From an uncultured Candidatus Saccharibacteria bacterium (lineage in GTDB: Bacteria > Patescibacteriota > Doudnabacteria > UBA920), in the NCBI GenBank assembly GCA_964505635.1, contig CAZDIP010000004.1, forward strand, positions 7,198 through 71,197: DNA of 64,000 nucleotides, written 5' to 3'. Position 1 is the stretch's first letter, and every line of letters begins with the position of its first letter. The position numbers and the translations under genes were made by a program. Of this stretch, positions 19,010-27,396 are shown in pieces. The notes beneath the pieces are model-generated. The model was not told where the DNA came from. It made no database searches and worked only from the letters and a program-made list of their open reading frames with translations.

Positions 19010-19669
19010 ATGTTAGTTTTAAGTTATAATAAACATAGCCATCAGCAAATAATAGCATTATGCGTGAAAGCTTTGAAAGCGGGAAAAGCCGTGGTATACC
19101 CAACCGACACCTCTTATGGTTTAGCTGTTGATGCAACAAATGAGAAAGCTATAAAAAAGCTTTATTCTATTAAAGAAAGGGGTTTTAAAAAACCCGTCCA
19201 TGTTATTATCCCCTCAAAAAATTTTGGTAAGAAATTGGTCAAATGGGGTAAAATGGCGGAAAAACTCTCAGAAAAATTTTGGCCAGGCGCTTTAACTTTA
19301 GTTTTACCCATCTTGTCTAAAAATAAAACACTGAAAAGAATATGCGGTGGTACTAAGTATTTAGGACTCAGGTATCCAAATAATAAAGTCGCTTTAGAAT
19401 TAAGTAGTTTACTAAAAAAACCGATTACGGCTACAAGCGCTAATCCCTCCCAGCATTTGTCGGGTGGATTTGATAGCTATTCAGCCGCGGACGTGATTAA
19501 ACAGTTTGTAGAACAAAAATTTAAACCGGATATAATTATTGATGCCGGGAAATTAAAGAAAAGGAAACCTTCTACATTGGTTAAAATTACGGAAAATAAC
19601 ATTGAAATTTTAAGGCAAGGGCCGGTTTCAAAAGCAGCAATAAAAAAAGTTTTAAAAATTAAAAAATAA
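19010..19669 (+). CDS. tsaC: L-threonylcarbamoyladenylate synthase (Sua5/YrdC)
   Basis: YPTDTSYGL, IKER, WPGALT, TSANPS. Confidence 0.9.
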   Translation: MLVLSYNKHSHQQIIALCVKALKAGKAVVYPTDTSYGLAVDATNEKAIKKLYSIKERGFKKPVHVIIPSKNFGKKLVKWGKMAEKLSEKFWPGALTLVLPILSKNKTLKRICGGTKYLGLRYPNNKVALELSSLLKKPITATSANPSQHLSGGFDSYSAADVIKQFVEQKFKPDIIIDAGKLKKRKPSTLVKITENNIEILRQGPVSKAAIKKVLKIKK

Positions 19670-19673
19670 AATA

Positions 19674-20822
19674 GTGCTTCTTAATTTTCATTTACCTAGT
19701 TATTTTTCCAGAAATGTCCGCAGGGAAATAAGCGAGCTTTATGCCCACTCAGCTATTGTTAATATGGCAAGCTCAATGATGCTTTTGTTTGAGCCCATTT
19801 TTTTGTATGCGGTTTTGGGTTTTTCCGTCAATCAGGTTTTGTTGTTTACCGCTATAGTTTACGCTGTTTATATTGTCTGTATTCCGTGGGGTGGCAAGAT
19901 GGCAAGCATGTACGGGTACAAACACGCAATTGCCATGTCTGTACCTTTTCAAATTATTTATTGGGCAATGCTTATAGCTTCCCAGCAGAATGCTTCTTTG
20001 GCATTTGCGGCCGGGATTTTTTATGGCCTTTCTAAAAGTCTTTATTGGCCGGGTTTCCATTCGCTTATGGCTCGTTACGCTGACCAAGGCCAGGTGGGAA
20101 GGGAATTTAGCGTAGTTTACGCTCTTATTAGTATTACTCATATAGTAGGTCCTTTTTTTGCCGGGTGGATTTCGCAACATTACGGATTTACCGCATCTTT
20201 TTTAACCGTTTCCATTTTACAAGGCGCAAGCTTATTGCCTTTGTTTAAAGCCAAGGAAATTTTTATACCGAAAGTATACAAATACAGCCAGACTTTGGAG
20301 TTGTATAGAACTTATCCCAGGAAATTTTTTGGCTATTTGGGTTTTGGGGAAGAGATGTTGGTTTTAAACATCTGGCCCGTGTTTATTTATATTGTTGTAA
20401 GGAACTATCAAGAAGCCGGGCTTTTGGCTACGGGCGCGAGTCTTTTAGCCGCTTTGCTTGCTTTAATTGTTGGTAAGGTGACTGACCAGTATTCCAAGAG
20501 AATTTTAATTAAGCTCGGAGCGTTTTTTACTTCTTTAGTATGGGCATTCCGGTATCTGGCCACCAGCGCTTCCAGCGTATTTGCCGTAGACGCTTTTTCC
20601 AGAACCAGCAAAGAAATGGCTTTTATACCCATTTCTACGGTAACGTATATACGGGCGGAAAATACCCACGTAGTGCCTTATGTGGTATTTTTTGAGCAGT
20701 CCCTAGCTATAGGAAAGCTTATTGCCTGCATTTTGGGGATCGCGGTTTTTGCGTTAACAGGTAGTTTTGTGGCACTATTTATATTAGGCGCGCTATTTAG
20801 TTTATTGTATATGCTTATATGA
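19674..20822 (+). CDS. MFS transporter
   Basis: About 12 hydrophobic segments; G..TD.YSKR loop motif. Confidence 0.8.
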   Translation: MLLNFHLPSYFSRNVRREISELYAHSAIVNMASSMMLLFEPIFLYAVLGFSVNQVLLFTAIVYAVYIVCIPWGGKMASMYGYKHAIAMSVPFQIIYWAMLIASQQNASLAFAAGIFYGLSKSLYWPGFHSLMARYADQGQVGREFSVVYALISITHIVGPFFAGWISQHYGFTASFLTVSILQGASLLPLFKAKEIFIPKVYKYSQTLELYRTYPRKFFGYLGFGEEMLVLNIWPVFIYIVVRNYQEAGLLATGASLLAALLALIVGKVTDQYSKRILIKLGAFFTSLVWAFRYLATSASSVFAVDAFSRTSKEMAFIPISTVTYIRAENTHVVPYVVFFEQSLAIGKLIACILGIAVFALTGSFVALFILGALFSLLYMLI

Positions 20823-21478
20823 GAAAAAATTCGGAAACAAATATTTATAGGAAAGACTTGGCTCACGCAATCCATAATTCAAGAGTTGATGACGCGGAAA
20901 AAGCGTATAGGTTGTCCAGAACAAAAACAGGTTATGAATTTGGGTTGGAACTAGACGATTCCTTATACGATTACATTTCCAATTTATCTTCAAAAAAAAT
21001 ATTAGATATTGGAATTGGTTCGGGAAAAGCCTTGAGTGATTTTTGCAAGGATGCCAAATTAAGGGATAAGGGGTTTGTTTTTGAGGGAACTTACTTGACC
21101 AGAAAAGTATTAAGGGATGAAATTAGGTCGGGTGTTAAATTGTATCAAACACCTGTAGAAAGATTAAAAGGAGTGCCGGAAAGTTCATATGGTGCAGTCT
21201 TAGCTTATTTATCGGTAGCATATTCTCGGTTTCCTGATTCTGCAGTGGAAAGTATTGATCGAGTGTTGGTTTCAGGAGGTATTTTTGTCGGTAAGTTTAG
21301 TTATGTTAATCATAAATCTGTTCGATCAAAAGGATCACAAACTGAATTTTTCGCGCCACATTTTAAAAAGAGGGGTTACGTAGTTTTAGAAAAGTACGGT
21401 TATCTGCTTAAGGCAGTAAAGCCACCATTTAATGCAGAAGAAGTAAGAAAAATCTTACCTTTATATTCAATAGGATAA
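20819..21478 (+). CDS. Class I SAM-dependent methyltransferase-like protein
   Basis: ILDIGIGSG, RVLVSGG. Confidence 0.7.
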   Translation: MRKNSETNIYRKDLAHAIHNSRVDDAEKAYRLSRTKTGYEFGLELDDSLYDYISNLSSKKILDIGIGSGKALSDFCKDAKLRDKGFVFEGTYLTRKVLRDEIRSGVKLYQTPVERLKGVPESSYGAVLAYLSVAYSRFPDSAVESIDRVLVSGGIFVGKFSYVNHKSVRSKGSQTEFFAPHFKKRGYVVLEKYGYLLKAVKPPFNAEEVRKILPLYSIG

Positions 21479-21536
21479 GTTTTAATCTTTTTAATATTTA
21501 TTTATACCCGGTCAGCCGGGATTATAAGGAAAAACG

Positions 21537-22877
21537 ATGAGTTACCTTAATATTGAAAATCAAGACCCAAAACTGTATCAAATTATTAAGAACGAAGAGC
21601 AGAGGCAGAAGGAAGGCCTCGAGCTTATTCCTTCTGAAAATTATACATCCGCGGCAGTTATGGAGAGCATGGGAAGCATACTGACCAACAAGTATTCGGA
21701 AGGTTACGCGAAAAAACGCTATTATGGGGGAAATGAATTTATTGACCAGGCAGAATTAATTGCCATAGAAAGGGCAAAAAAACTTTTTGGCGCAGCTTCC
21801 GCGAACGTTCAGCCTTATAGCGGAAGTCCGGCTAATTTAGCCGTTTATATGGCAACTTGCCAGCCGGGCGACACGGTTTTAGGTTTGTCTCTTCCAGAAG
21901 GCGGGCATTTGACCCATGGCTGGAAAGTTTCCGCGACCGGAATTTTTTATAAAACTTTTGGCTACCATGTTAAGGCAGACGGCCGGGTTGATTTTGATGA
22001 AGTATGGGCTTTGGCCAAAGAACATAAGCCAAAGCTTATTTGGTGCGGCTGCACAGCTTACGTTTATGAAGTTGAATATGAAAAATTCGCCGAAATAGCC
22101 GACAGTGTCGGCGCATATTTGGCAGCTGACATAGCCCACGTTTCCGGGCTCATAGCTGCCGGAGCGCATAAAAGCCCGTTTGATTACGCTCATATAGTTT
22201 CTACTACAACCCATAAAACTTTGCGCGGGCCTCGGGGCGGCATAATTATGACAACAAAAAAGGGTTTAGAAAAAGACACTGAACTGGCCGACAAAATAGA
22301 TAAAGCGGTTTTTCCTGGGCTTCAAGGCGGACCGCACGACCACCAGACTGCGGCAATTGCCATAGCTTTAAAAGAAGCATCTTTGCCCGAATTTAAAGCC
22401 TACGGCCATCAAATCGTAAAAAACGCAAAAGCTTTAGCCGAGTCCTTAAAAAAGAATGACATGAGGTTGGTTGGGGACGGTACGGAAAATCATTTGTTGT
22501 TATTGGACTTAGTTCCCGTGTTTGGTCCGAGCGGGGGAGTTTTTGGAAGTGAGGTTTTAGAAGCGGCAGGTATGACAGTAAATAAAAATACCATTCCAAA
22601 AGACCCGGGCTCGCCTTTTTATCCCAGCGGTGTGCGTTTAGGGACACCGGCTGTTACAACCAGAGGAATGAAGGAGTTAGAAATGGAAAAAATCGGAGAA
22701 TGGATTGCCAAAGCAATTAATTCTGTTAAGCAATATAAATTACCCGAAGCCAAAGAGCAAAAAACCGCTTACATTTCTAAATTTAAGGAAGAGTTAAAAC
22801 AGAATCAGGAAATACAAAATATTCGCGAAGAAGTGAAAAATCTTTGCAAAAAATTTCCTGTTCCCGGGATTGAATAA
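21537..22877 (+). CDS. glyA: Serine hydroxymethyltransferase
   Basis: LIPSENY, NKYSEGY, TTTHKTLRGPRGG, SGVRLGTPA.TTRG. Confidence 0.97.
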   Translation: MSYLNIENQDPKLYQIIKNEEQRQKEGLELIPSENYTSAAVMESMGSILTNKYSEGYAKKRYYGGNEFIDQAELIAIERAKKLFGAASANVQPYSGSPANLAVYMATCQPGDTVLGLSLPEGGHLTHGWKVSATGIFYKTFGYHVKADGRVDFDEVWALAKEHKPKLIWCGCTAYVYEVEYEKFAEIADSVGAYLAADIAHVSGLIAAGAHKSPFDYAHIVSTTTHKTLRGPRGGIIMTTKKGLEKDTELADKIDKAVFPGLQGGPHDHQTAAIAIALKEASLPEFKAYGHQIVKNAKALAESLKKNDMRLVGDGTENHLLLLDLVPVFGPSGGVFGSEVLEAAGMTVNKNTIPKDPGSPFYPSGVRLGTPAVTTRGMKELEMEKIGEWIAKAINSVKQYKLPEAKEQKTAYISKFKEELKQNQEIQNIREEVKNLCKKFPVPGIE

Positions 22878-23393
22878 ATGCATAAAATTTTAAAATTGGA
22901 TTATGAATTGTTCAAAGTTTTAAACGGTTTTTCCGGACGTTCAGTTTCTTTAGACAAGGTAATTTTATTTTTTTCCCACCAGGCGGCTTACATTATGGTT
23001 TTTTTGGCTGCTTGTTACGGAATTTATTTTTGGCGGGATGCGGGGGTAAAATATGCTTTGGCGGGCAGTGTTGGGACCTATATTGTTTCCAGGCTGGTTT
23101 TGGAAGTTTGCCGGTTTGCTTTTTACAGGCAGCGTCCTTTTTTAGCCCACCATGTTGTTGAATTGTTTGACAAGCGGCCGGAAAATTCTTTTCCTTCCGG
23201 CCATACTTCCGGCATGGCCTCTATTGGTTTTTGGATTTATGCTATAAGTCCGGAAATCGGATTGTCGTTAATCTTTTTTTCTTTACTGGTCGGTTTTGCG
23301 AGGGTCATGGCCGGCGTGCATTATCCGGGAGACATTTTGGGCGGCTTTCTTTTTGGCATCTTTGCGGGAGTTTTAGCTAAGCAGCTTTTTTAG
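22878..23393 (+). CDS. PAP2 family phosphatase (BcrC-like)
   Basis: R.RPF, SFPSGH, ARV.AGVHYP.D. Confidence 0.9.
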   Translation: MHKILKLDYELFKVLNGFSGRSVSLDKVILFFSHQAAYIMVFLAACYGIYFWRDAGVKYALAGSVGTYIVSRLVLEVCRFAFYRQRPFLAHHVVELFDKRPENSFPSGHTSGMASIGFWIYAISPEIGLSLIFFSLLVGFARVMAGVHYPGDILGGFLFGIFAGVLAKQLF

Positions 23394-23396
23394 CAT

Positions 23397-24203
23397 ATGG
23401 AAATATTACAGGCTATAATTTTGGGTTTTGTCCAGGGAGTTGGTGAATTTTTACCAATTTCTTCTTCTGGCCATTTAATTATTACCCACTGGCTCTTTAA
23501 AAAAGATTTGGGTTTAGGTTTTGATGTGGCCTTGCATTGGGGTACGCTTTTAGCAGTGCTGATTTATTTTAAAAATGAGGTCTGGCTTATGGTTAAGGGT
23601 GTTTGGCATAGCCTATTTAAATCCACGCGCGATATTGAAAATAATATTTACCAAAAACTGCCGTGGCTTATTTTAGTAGCCACTGTGCCCGCTGCTGTTA
23701 TAGGAAAATTTTTTGAAAGCAGGGCCCAGACCAGCTTCAGGGATCCTTTGCTGGTGGCCTTGAACTTGGCGGTTTTCGGTCTGGTGATTTATTTTGCCGA
23801 CAGGTTCGGAAAAAAGCAGAAAAATTTAGACAGGATTTTATTTTGGGATGCTTTGTTAATAGGCTTTGCCCAGGCTTTAGCTATTTTACCGGGTGTATCC
23901 CGCAGTGGCGCTACTATGGCCGCTGCTTTGCTTTTAAGCTTTAAGCGTCCCGACGCGGCAAGGTTTTCTTTTTTGATGTCCGCGCCTATAATCTTGGGAG
24001 CCGGCATTTTAGAATCCCCAAGTTTTTTTGCCAGTGGAAATTTTAGCCAAATTATTTTCGGCTTTTTCAGCGCCGGTTTATTCGGTTTTTTAGCCATCAA
24101 GTATTTATTAAAGTTTTTGTCAGCCCATGATTTTAAAATATTTGTTTGGTATAGGTTTTTGGTCGCGGCATTGATTTTGCTTTTATATTTTGCTAAAATC
24201 TAA
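23397..24203 (+). CDS. uppP: Undecaprenyl-diphosphate phosphatase
   Basis: EFLPISSSGH, PGVSRSG.T, AARFSFL. Confidence 0.94.
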   Translation: MEILQAIILGFVQGVGEFLPISSSGHLIITHWLFKKDLGLGFDVALHWGTLLAVLIYFKNEVWLMVKGVWHSLFKSTRDIENNIYQKLPWLILVATVPAAVIGKFFESRAQTSFRDPLLVALNLAVFGLVIYFADRFGKKQKNLDRILFWDALLIGFAQALAILPGVSRSGATMAAALLLSFKRPDAARFSFLMSAPIILGAGILESPSFFASGNFSQIIFGFFSAGLFGFLAIKYLLKFLSAHDFKIFVWYRFLVAALILLLYFAKI

Positions 24204-24237
24204 TTTAGTTTAAGCTGTATATTTATTTTCCGTAAAT

Positions 24238-24267
24238 GGCGGGTGGGTGGCAAAATTGGCAAATTCA
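24238..24267 (+). pseudogene. Decayed tRNA-Leu 5' part
   Basis: ggtggcaaaattggcaaattca resembles the D-arm gtggtggaattggcagacacgca of the intact gene. Confidence 0.55.
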
Positions 24268-24378
24268 CCCTGCACAAATGAAGCCGCTGTGGTGGAATTG
24301 GCAGACACGCACGACTCAAAATCGTGTGCCTAACGGCATGTCGGTTCGACTCCGACCAGCGGCACCATTTGTGCAGGG
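24268..24378. mobile_element. Inverted-repeat element carrying the intact tRNA-Leu
   Basis: Perfect 13-bp IR ccctgcacaaatg (24268-24280) / catttgtgcaggg (24366-24378). Confidence 0.65.
24283..24367 (+). tRNA. tRNA-Leu(CAA)
   Basis: Acceptor gccgctg/cagcggc, anticodon arm cacga-ctcaaaa-tcgtg, long variable arm, GGTTCGACTCC, CCA. Confidence 0.96.
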
Positions 24379-24430
24379 CGCGAAAGCCCCATGCTTTAGT
24401 CCCATTAAGGGATTTCAGCGGACAGGTAAA

Positions 24431-24476
24431 ATCATTCGCTTGAGGCCTGAGGGTTGTGCTCCCTCCTCGGCCGCCA
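24431..24476 (+). pseudogene. Decayed tRNA-Leu 3' part
   Basis: atc..gc-ttga-ggc ctgaggg-ttgtgct-ccctc ctcggccgcca: T-stem retained, T-loop mutated, ends CCA. Confidence 0.6.
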
Positions 24477-24515
24477 TTTGCGAGGAATATTTGGGTAATA
24501 ATTTAAATAAAATTT

Positions 24516-25541
24516 ATGGATTCTATTGTCAGTCCGCAGTCAAATATAACCATTCAGTCTTTGGATGATTTGCAAAGTCCCATATCTCAGAAAAACCAGA
24601 CTCCTGTCCCGTCAAACGCTCAAACAGTTGCCATAAGCCAGGATGTAAATTATGAGGCGCCTTCTTTGGTCGGCGAGCAAGTTCCTCAGCCCGCGCCGGT
24701 TCTAGAAAATCCGGACAGGGTTTCTTACGCCGACGCGCAAATTCAGGAAATAGAAGTTTCTAAAATTCAGCCCAATCCTTTCCAGCCCAGAAAGGTTTTT
24801 GAGCCTAACGCCTTAAAAGAATTAGCCGACTCCATAAAAGAGCATGGGGTAATTCAGCCTTTGGTAGTTATTAAAACCGAGCTTGGCTATGAAATTGTGG
24901 TCGGGGAAAGGCGTTTTCGGGCTTCTCAGTTAGCCGGAATGGAAAAAGTGCCGGCAATTGTTAAAGACAGCATGGTTGACCAGACCAAGCTAGAGGTGGC
25001 ATTAATAGAAAACATACAGCGCAAAGAGCTAAACCCCATAGAAGAGGCCATGGCTTACGACCGGCTTATGAAGACTTTTCATATGACTCAGGAAGAAGTG
25101 GCTAAAAAAGTCGGTAAAAGCCGTCCGGCAGTGGCTAACACGGTCAGGTTGTTGAATTTGCCTGCGGAAATCCAGCGCGCGGTCATAGAGGGAAAAATTA
25201 TGGAAGGCCATGCCAGGGCGGTTTTAGGGCTCGGGGATACAGAAAAAATGATAGCTTTATACAAGCAGGTGGTGGAAAATGGTTGGAACGTGCGGCAGGT
25301 GGAGCAAAAGGTGAGGGAGTTTACCTTAAAAAAACAAATGGATGCGGCCATGCCGGATCCAAAACTAATGGCTTTGGAAACCGAATTAAGGGTTAAGCTG
25401 GGTACGCAGGTAAAAATTCAAAAGCAGGGGCAAAGCGGCAAAATAACAATAGAATTTTTTAGTGAAGAAGAGTTAAATGACATTGTGAATAAAATGGCCA
25501 GTCAGCAAAATTCTGGCGGCGAAGGTTACTTAACAGTTTGA
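24516..25541 (+). CDS. parB: ParB/Spo0J partition protein
   Basis: PNPFQPRK.F, GERRFRA, ALIENIQR..L, HTH VGKSRPAVAN. Confidence 0.95.
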   Translation: MDSIVSPQSNITIQSLDDLQSPISQKNQTPVPSNAQTVAISQDVNYEAPSLVGEQVPQPAPVLENPDRVSYADAQIQEIEVSKIQPNPFQPRKVFEPNALKELADSIKEHGVIQPLVVIKTELGYEIVVGERRFRASQLAGMEKVPAIVKDSMVDQTKLEVALIENIQRKELNPIEEAMAYDRLMKTFHMTQEEVAKKVGKSRPAVANTVRLLNLPAEIQRAVIEGKIMEGHARAVLGLGDTEKMIALYKQVVENGWNVRQVEQKVREFTLKKQMDAAMPDPKLMALETELRVKLGTQVKIQKQGQSGKITIEFFSEEELNDIVNKMASQQNSGGEGYLTV

Positions 25542-25566
25542 CATATTTCATTTTTTATTTTATAAT
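25538..25566 (+). promoter_or_regulatory. Consensus sigma-70 promoter
   Basis: TTGACA-17 nt-TATAAT. Confidence 0.8.
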
Positions 25567-25573
25567 TTTTTTA

Positions 25574-25720
25574 ATGCGAAGAAAAACTAACAACCAAATT
25601 AATTTCCTACTTAAGGTTTTGGTTAAGCCCGTGCTTTTTACACGCGCAAAGCGGCAGTTTGGTAATTAGTAAGAATGCAAAAGAATTCAAACCAAACCCG
25701 CCGTAAGAAGCGGGTTTTTT
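25574..25720 (+). promoter_or_regulatory. Putative leaderless 31-aa leader peptide (25574-25669) plus terminator/antiterminator
   Basis: ATG at the expected TSS; gcggcagtttggt can pair with accaaacccgc, which overlaps terminator aaacccgc..gcgggtttttt. Confidence 0.5.
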
Positions 25721-25956
25721 AAGGGGTTAGTGCTTGCGGAAATGTAAAAAAGTTTATTTTATATTTTCGCAAGCGCAAGCTTGCAAGGTATGGGTGGTCG
25801 GTTGAGCCCGCGCAGGTTCCCGATAAGAAAATTTCGTTTTCCGAACTCTCCTTTCAGTCGGTCGGTTGTATCATGACCGGGAAACAAGATTTTGAAAACC
25901 ACCCAAAAAGTTTTAGGTCTGCCATGCGGCAGACCATCCACGCAGAGGAGAAAAAG

Positions 25957-26187
25957 ATGGCTGCAGTAGTAGTAGTCGCCCTCAGGCGTCCGCCTGAGGA
26001 AGATAGTTCCCCAGAATTATGCTGGGGGTGCGAGAGTCGTCTTGTTCCGGTAAATACAAAGACTTTTGGCCTCTGTCCGAAATGCCTTTTTGAAGGCTCA
26101 CCTAAGCTTCAAAAGAGTATTTATACAGACCCGGAGTTAGGAGGCCACAGCCTCAGTTGTTTTGGTGGCGACAAAGTTGATAATTAG
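25957..26187 (+). CDS. Small zinc-ribbon protein (CWGC..CPKC)
   Basis: GAGGAG SD before ATG 25957; two CxxC pairs. Confidence 0.55.
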   Translation: MAAVVVVALRRPPEEDSSPELCWGCESRLVPVNTKTFGLCPKCLFEGSPKLQKSIYTDPELGGHSLSCFGGDKVDN

Positions 26188-26193
26188 GAGGAG

Positions 26194-26271
26194 ATGGCTA
26201 GCAAGTTTACCAGGCCGCTAGGCTGGAAACTAAAAGGTGAGCGGCAAACCGCAAAAAGCCTTGCTGGCTAA
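26194..26271 (+). CDS. Possible 25-aa basic peptide
   Basis: AGGAGG SD overlapping the upstream stop; MASKFTRPLGWKLKGERQTAKSLAG*. Confidence 0.35.
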   Translation: MASKFTRPLGWKLKGERQTAKSLAG

Positions 26272-26380
26272 ACAATATAAACGGCCATTTTTGGCCGGGC
26301 GGAAAGAAAGTCAGATACCCGACAAACAACTTAGCTTAGTTTGGTTGTTGCAATCATAAAACTTTCACCGCTGTTTGGTA

Positions 26381-26450
26381 GCCCGAGAGTTTTGTTTCGC
26401 GCTTTCGTAAAAAAGAGCGCTTAAACAGAATTCTCGGGCCTGTTTTTTGC
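26381..26450 (+). terminator. Long hairpin with T-tail
   Basis: gcccgaga..tgttt..gcgct / agcgc..aaaca..tctcgggc then tgtttttt. Confidence 0.6.
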
Positions 26451-26499
26451 CAAAAGTTTTACTAAATTTAAAGCCGTGAATTTAGTAAACTAAGAATTA

Positions 26500-26528
26500 T
26501 TGAAAAATAAAACCTTTTTTGTTAAAAT
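26500..26528 (+). promoter_or_regulatory. Promoter of the tRNA-Pro locus
   Basis: TTGAAA-17 nt-TAAAAT, 11 nt before the outermost tRNA relic. Confidence 0.6.
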
Positions 26529-26675
26529 AGTCTAGTTAGCGGGATGTGGCCCTGCTAGTAATTTGCTTACAACAAATACTACGGGGTAAATATAGTGGCA
26601 GCCCGTCTAGTGCCATTTTAATAAACATGCCTTATTGATCGGGCTTGTGGTACGCCGGTAGTACGCGCCCACTTG

Positions 26676-26800
26676 CTCTGTTAAATTTTTGCCCCTTTGC
26701 GGGATGTAGTATAGTGGTAGTACGCGTCCATGGGGTGGATGTAGTCTGGGTTCGATTCCCAGCATCCCGACCAGGAGCAAATAATATTTAACAGGGTGAA
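26676..26800. mobile_element. Inverted-repeat element carrying the intact tRNA-Pro
   Basis: Left arm ctctgttaaatttttgcccct; right arm aggagcaaataatatttaacaggg followed by tgaa. Confidence 0.65.
26700..26773 (+). tRNA. tRNA-Pro(GGG)
   Basis: Acceptor cgggatg/catcccg, anticodon arm cgtcc-atggggt-ggatg, GGTTCGATTCC, ACCA. Confidence 0.95.
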
Positions 26801-26949
26801 GGGCGAATATAGATTGGGTTTTATTCCCGGCACCCCGACCAATAACGTATGTGAGAATGGAGCGGGGTAAAATTCCCAATCTAGTCCCGTGGTAATTGCC
26901 AGGCAATTTACTACCGGGGCATCCTAACCAGAAAATTATCAAAAACAAA

Positions 26950-27396
26950 ATGCCTGACATAAAAAAAATCGACCAGTCCTTAATTCATTTCTTTCATAAA
27001 TACAGTGGAGCGTTTGCCCGTATTTCCCTGTTTGTCGTTTATTTTTGGTTTGGGATTTTAAAAATTTTAGACACCAGTCCTGCCAATCCTTTGGTGGCTT
27101 CTTTGCTTGAGCAGACCTTGCCTTTTTTAACTTTCCGTTCTTTCATTGTATTTTTTAGTTTGTATGAAATGCTTATCGGCATTTTGTTTTTGTTTCCAAA
27201 ATCGGACAGATTAACTTTTATTTTGTTTGCCGCTCATATGCTGACAACTTTTTTGCCCCTGGTTTTTTTGCCCGCCAATACCTGGCAAAGTTTTATGGTA
27301 CCAACTTTAGAAGGCCAGTATATTATAAAAAATTTGGTGTTAATTGGTTTGGCTATGGCTATTGCGGGTAATTTGCGTCCCTTGTCAAAAAAATAA
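26950..27396 (+). CDS. DoxX/YkgB-like membrane protein (start reassigned to ATG 26950)
   Basis: R..L..V.FWFG.LK and TLEGQYIIKN motifs; 4 TM. Confidence 0.75.
   Translation: MPDIKKIDQSLIHFFHKYSGAFARISLFVVYFWFGILKILDTSPANPLVASLLEQTLPFLTFRSFIVFFSLYEMLIGILFLFPKSDRLTFILFAAHMLTTFLPLVFLPANTWQSFMVPTLEGQYIIKNLVLIGLAMAIAGNLRPLSKK

Larger units (their letters stand above)
26540..26930 (+). pseudogene. Nested decayed tRNA-Pro copies (outer: 26540-26549, 26591-26601, 26872-26930; middle: 26640-26675, 26801-26841) interrupted by hairpin elements
   Basis: Fragments align by eye to the intact tRNA-Pro at 26700-26773. Confidence 0.7.

Noticed and set aside
21480-21536. Riboswitch (ZTP/glycine) upstream of glyA
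   Set aside because: Only a 57-nt AT-rich spacer with one small hairpin
24236-24568. 110-aa ORF in the track
   Set aside because: Overlaps tRNA-Leu and its relics; no protein-like features
25780-26450. RNase P RNA, tmRNA or SRP RNA
   Set aside because: No GAGGAAAGUCC/ACAGAA..CGGC P4 pair, no tRNA-like ends and no SRP helix-8 motif recognised
26540-26930. Reading the nested elements as tRNA introns whose removal gives functional tRNAs
   Set aside because: The rejoined outer layers have mutated T-loops and stems and the outermost lacks its central part, so they look like pseudogenes; no group I/II intron core is visible
26607-26960. 117-aa minus-strand ORF and the 5' extension of ORF 26896
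   Set aside because: Antisense read-through of the tRNA-Pro nest; the membrane protein more plausibly starts at ATG 26950
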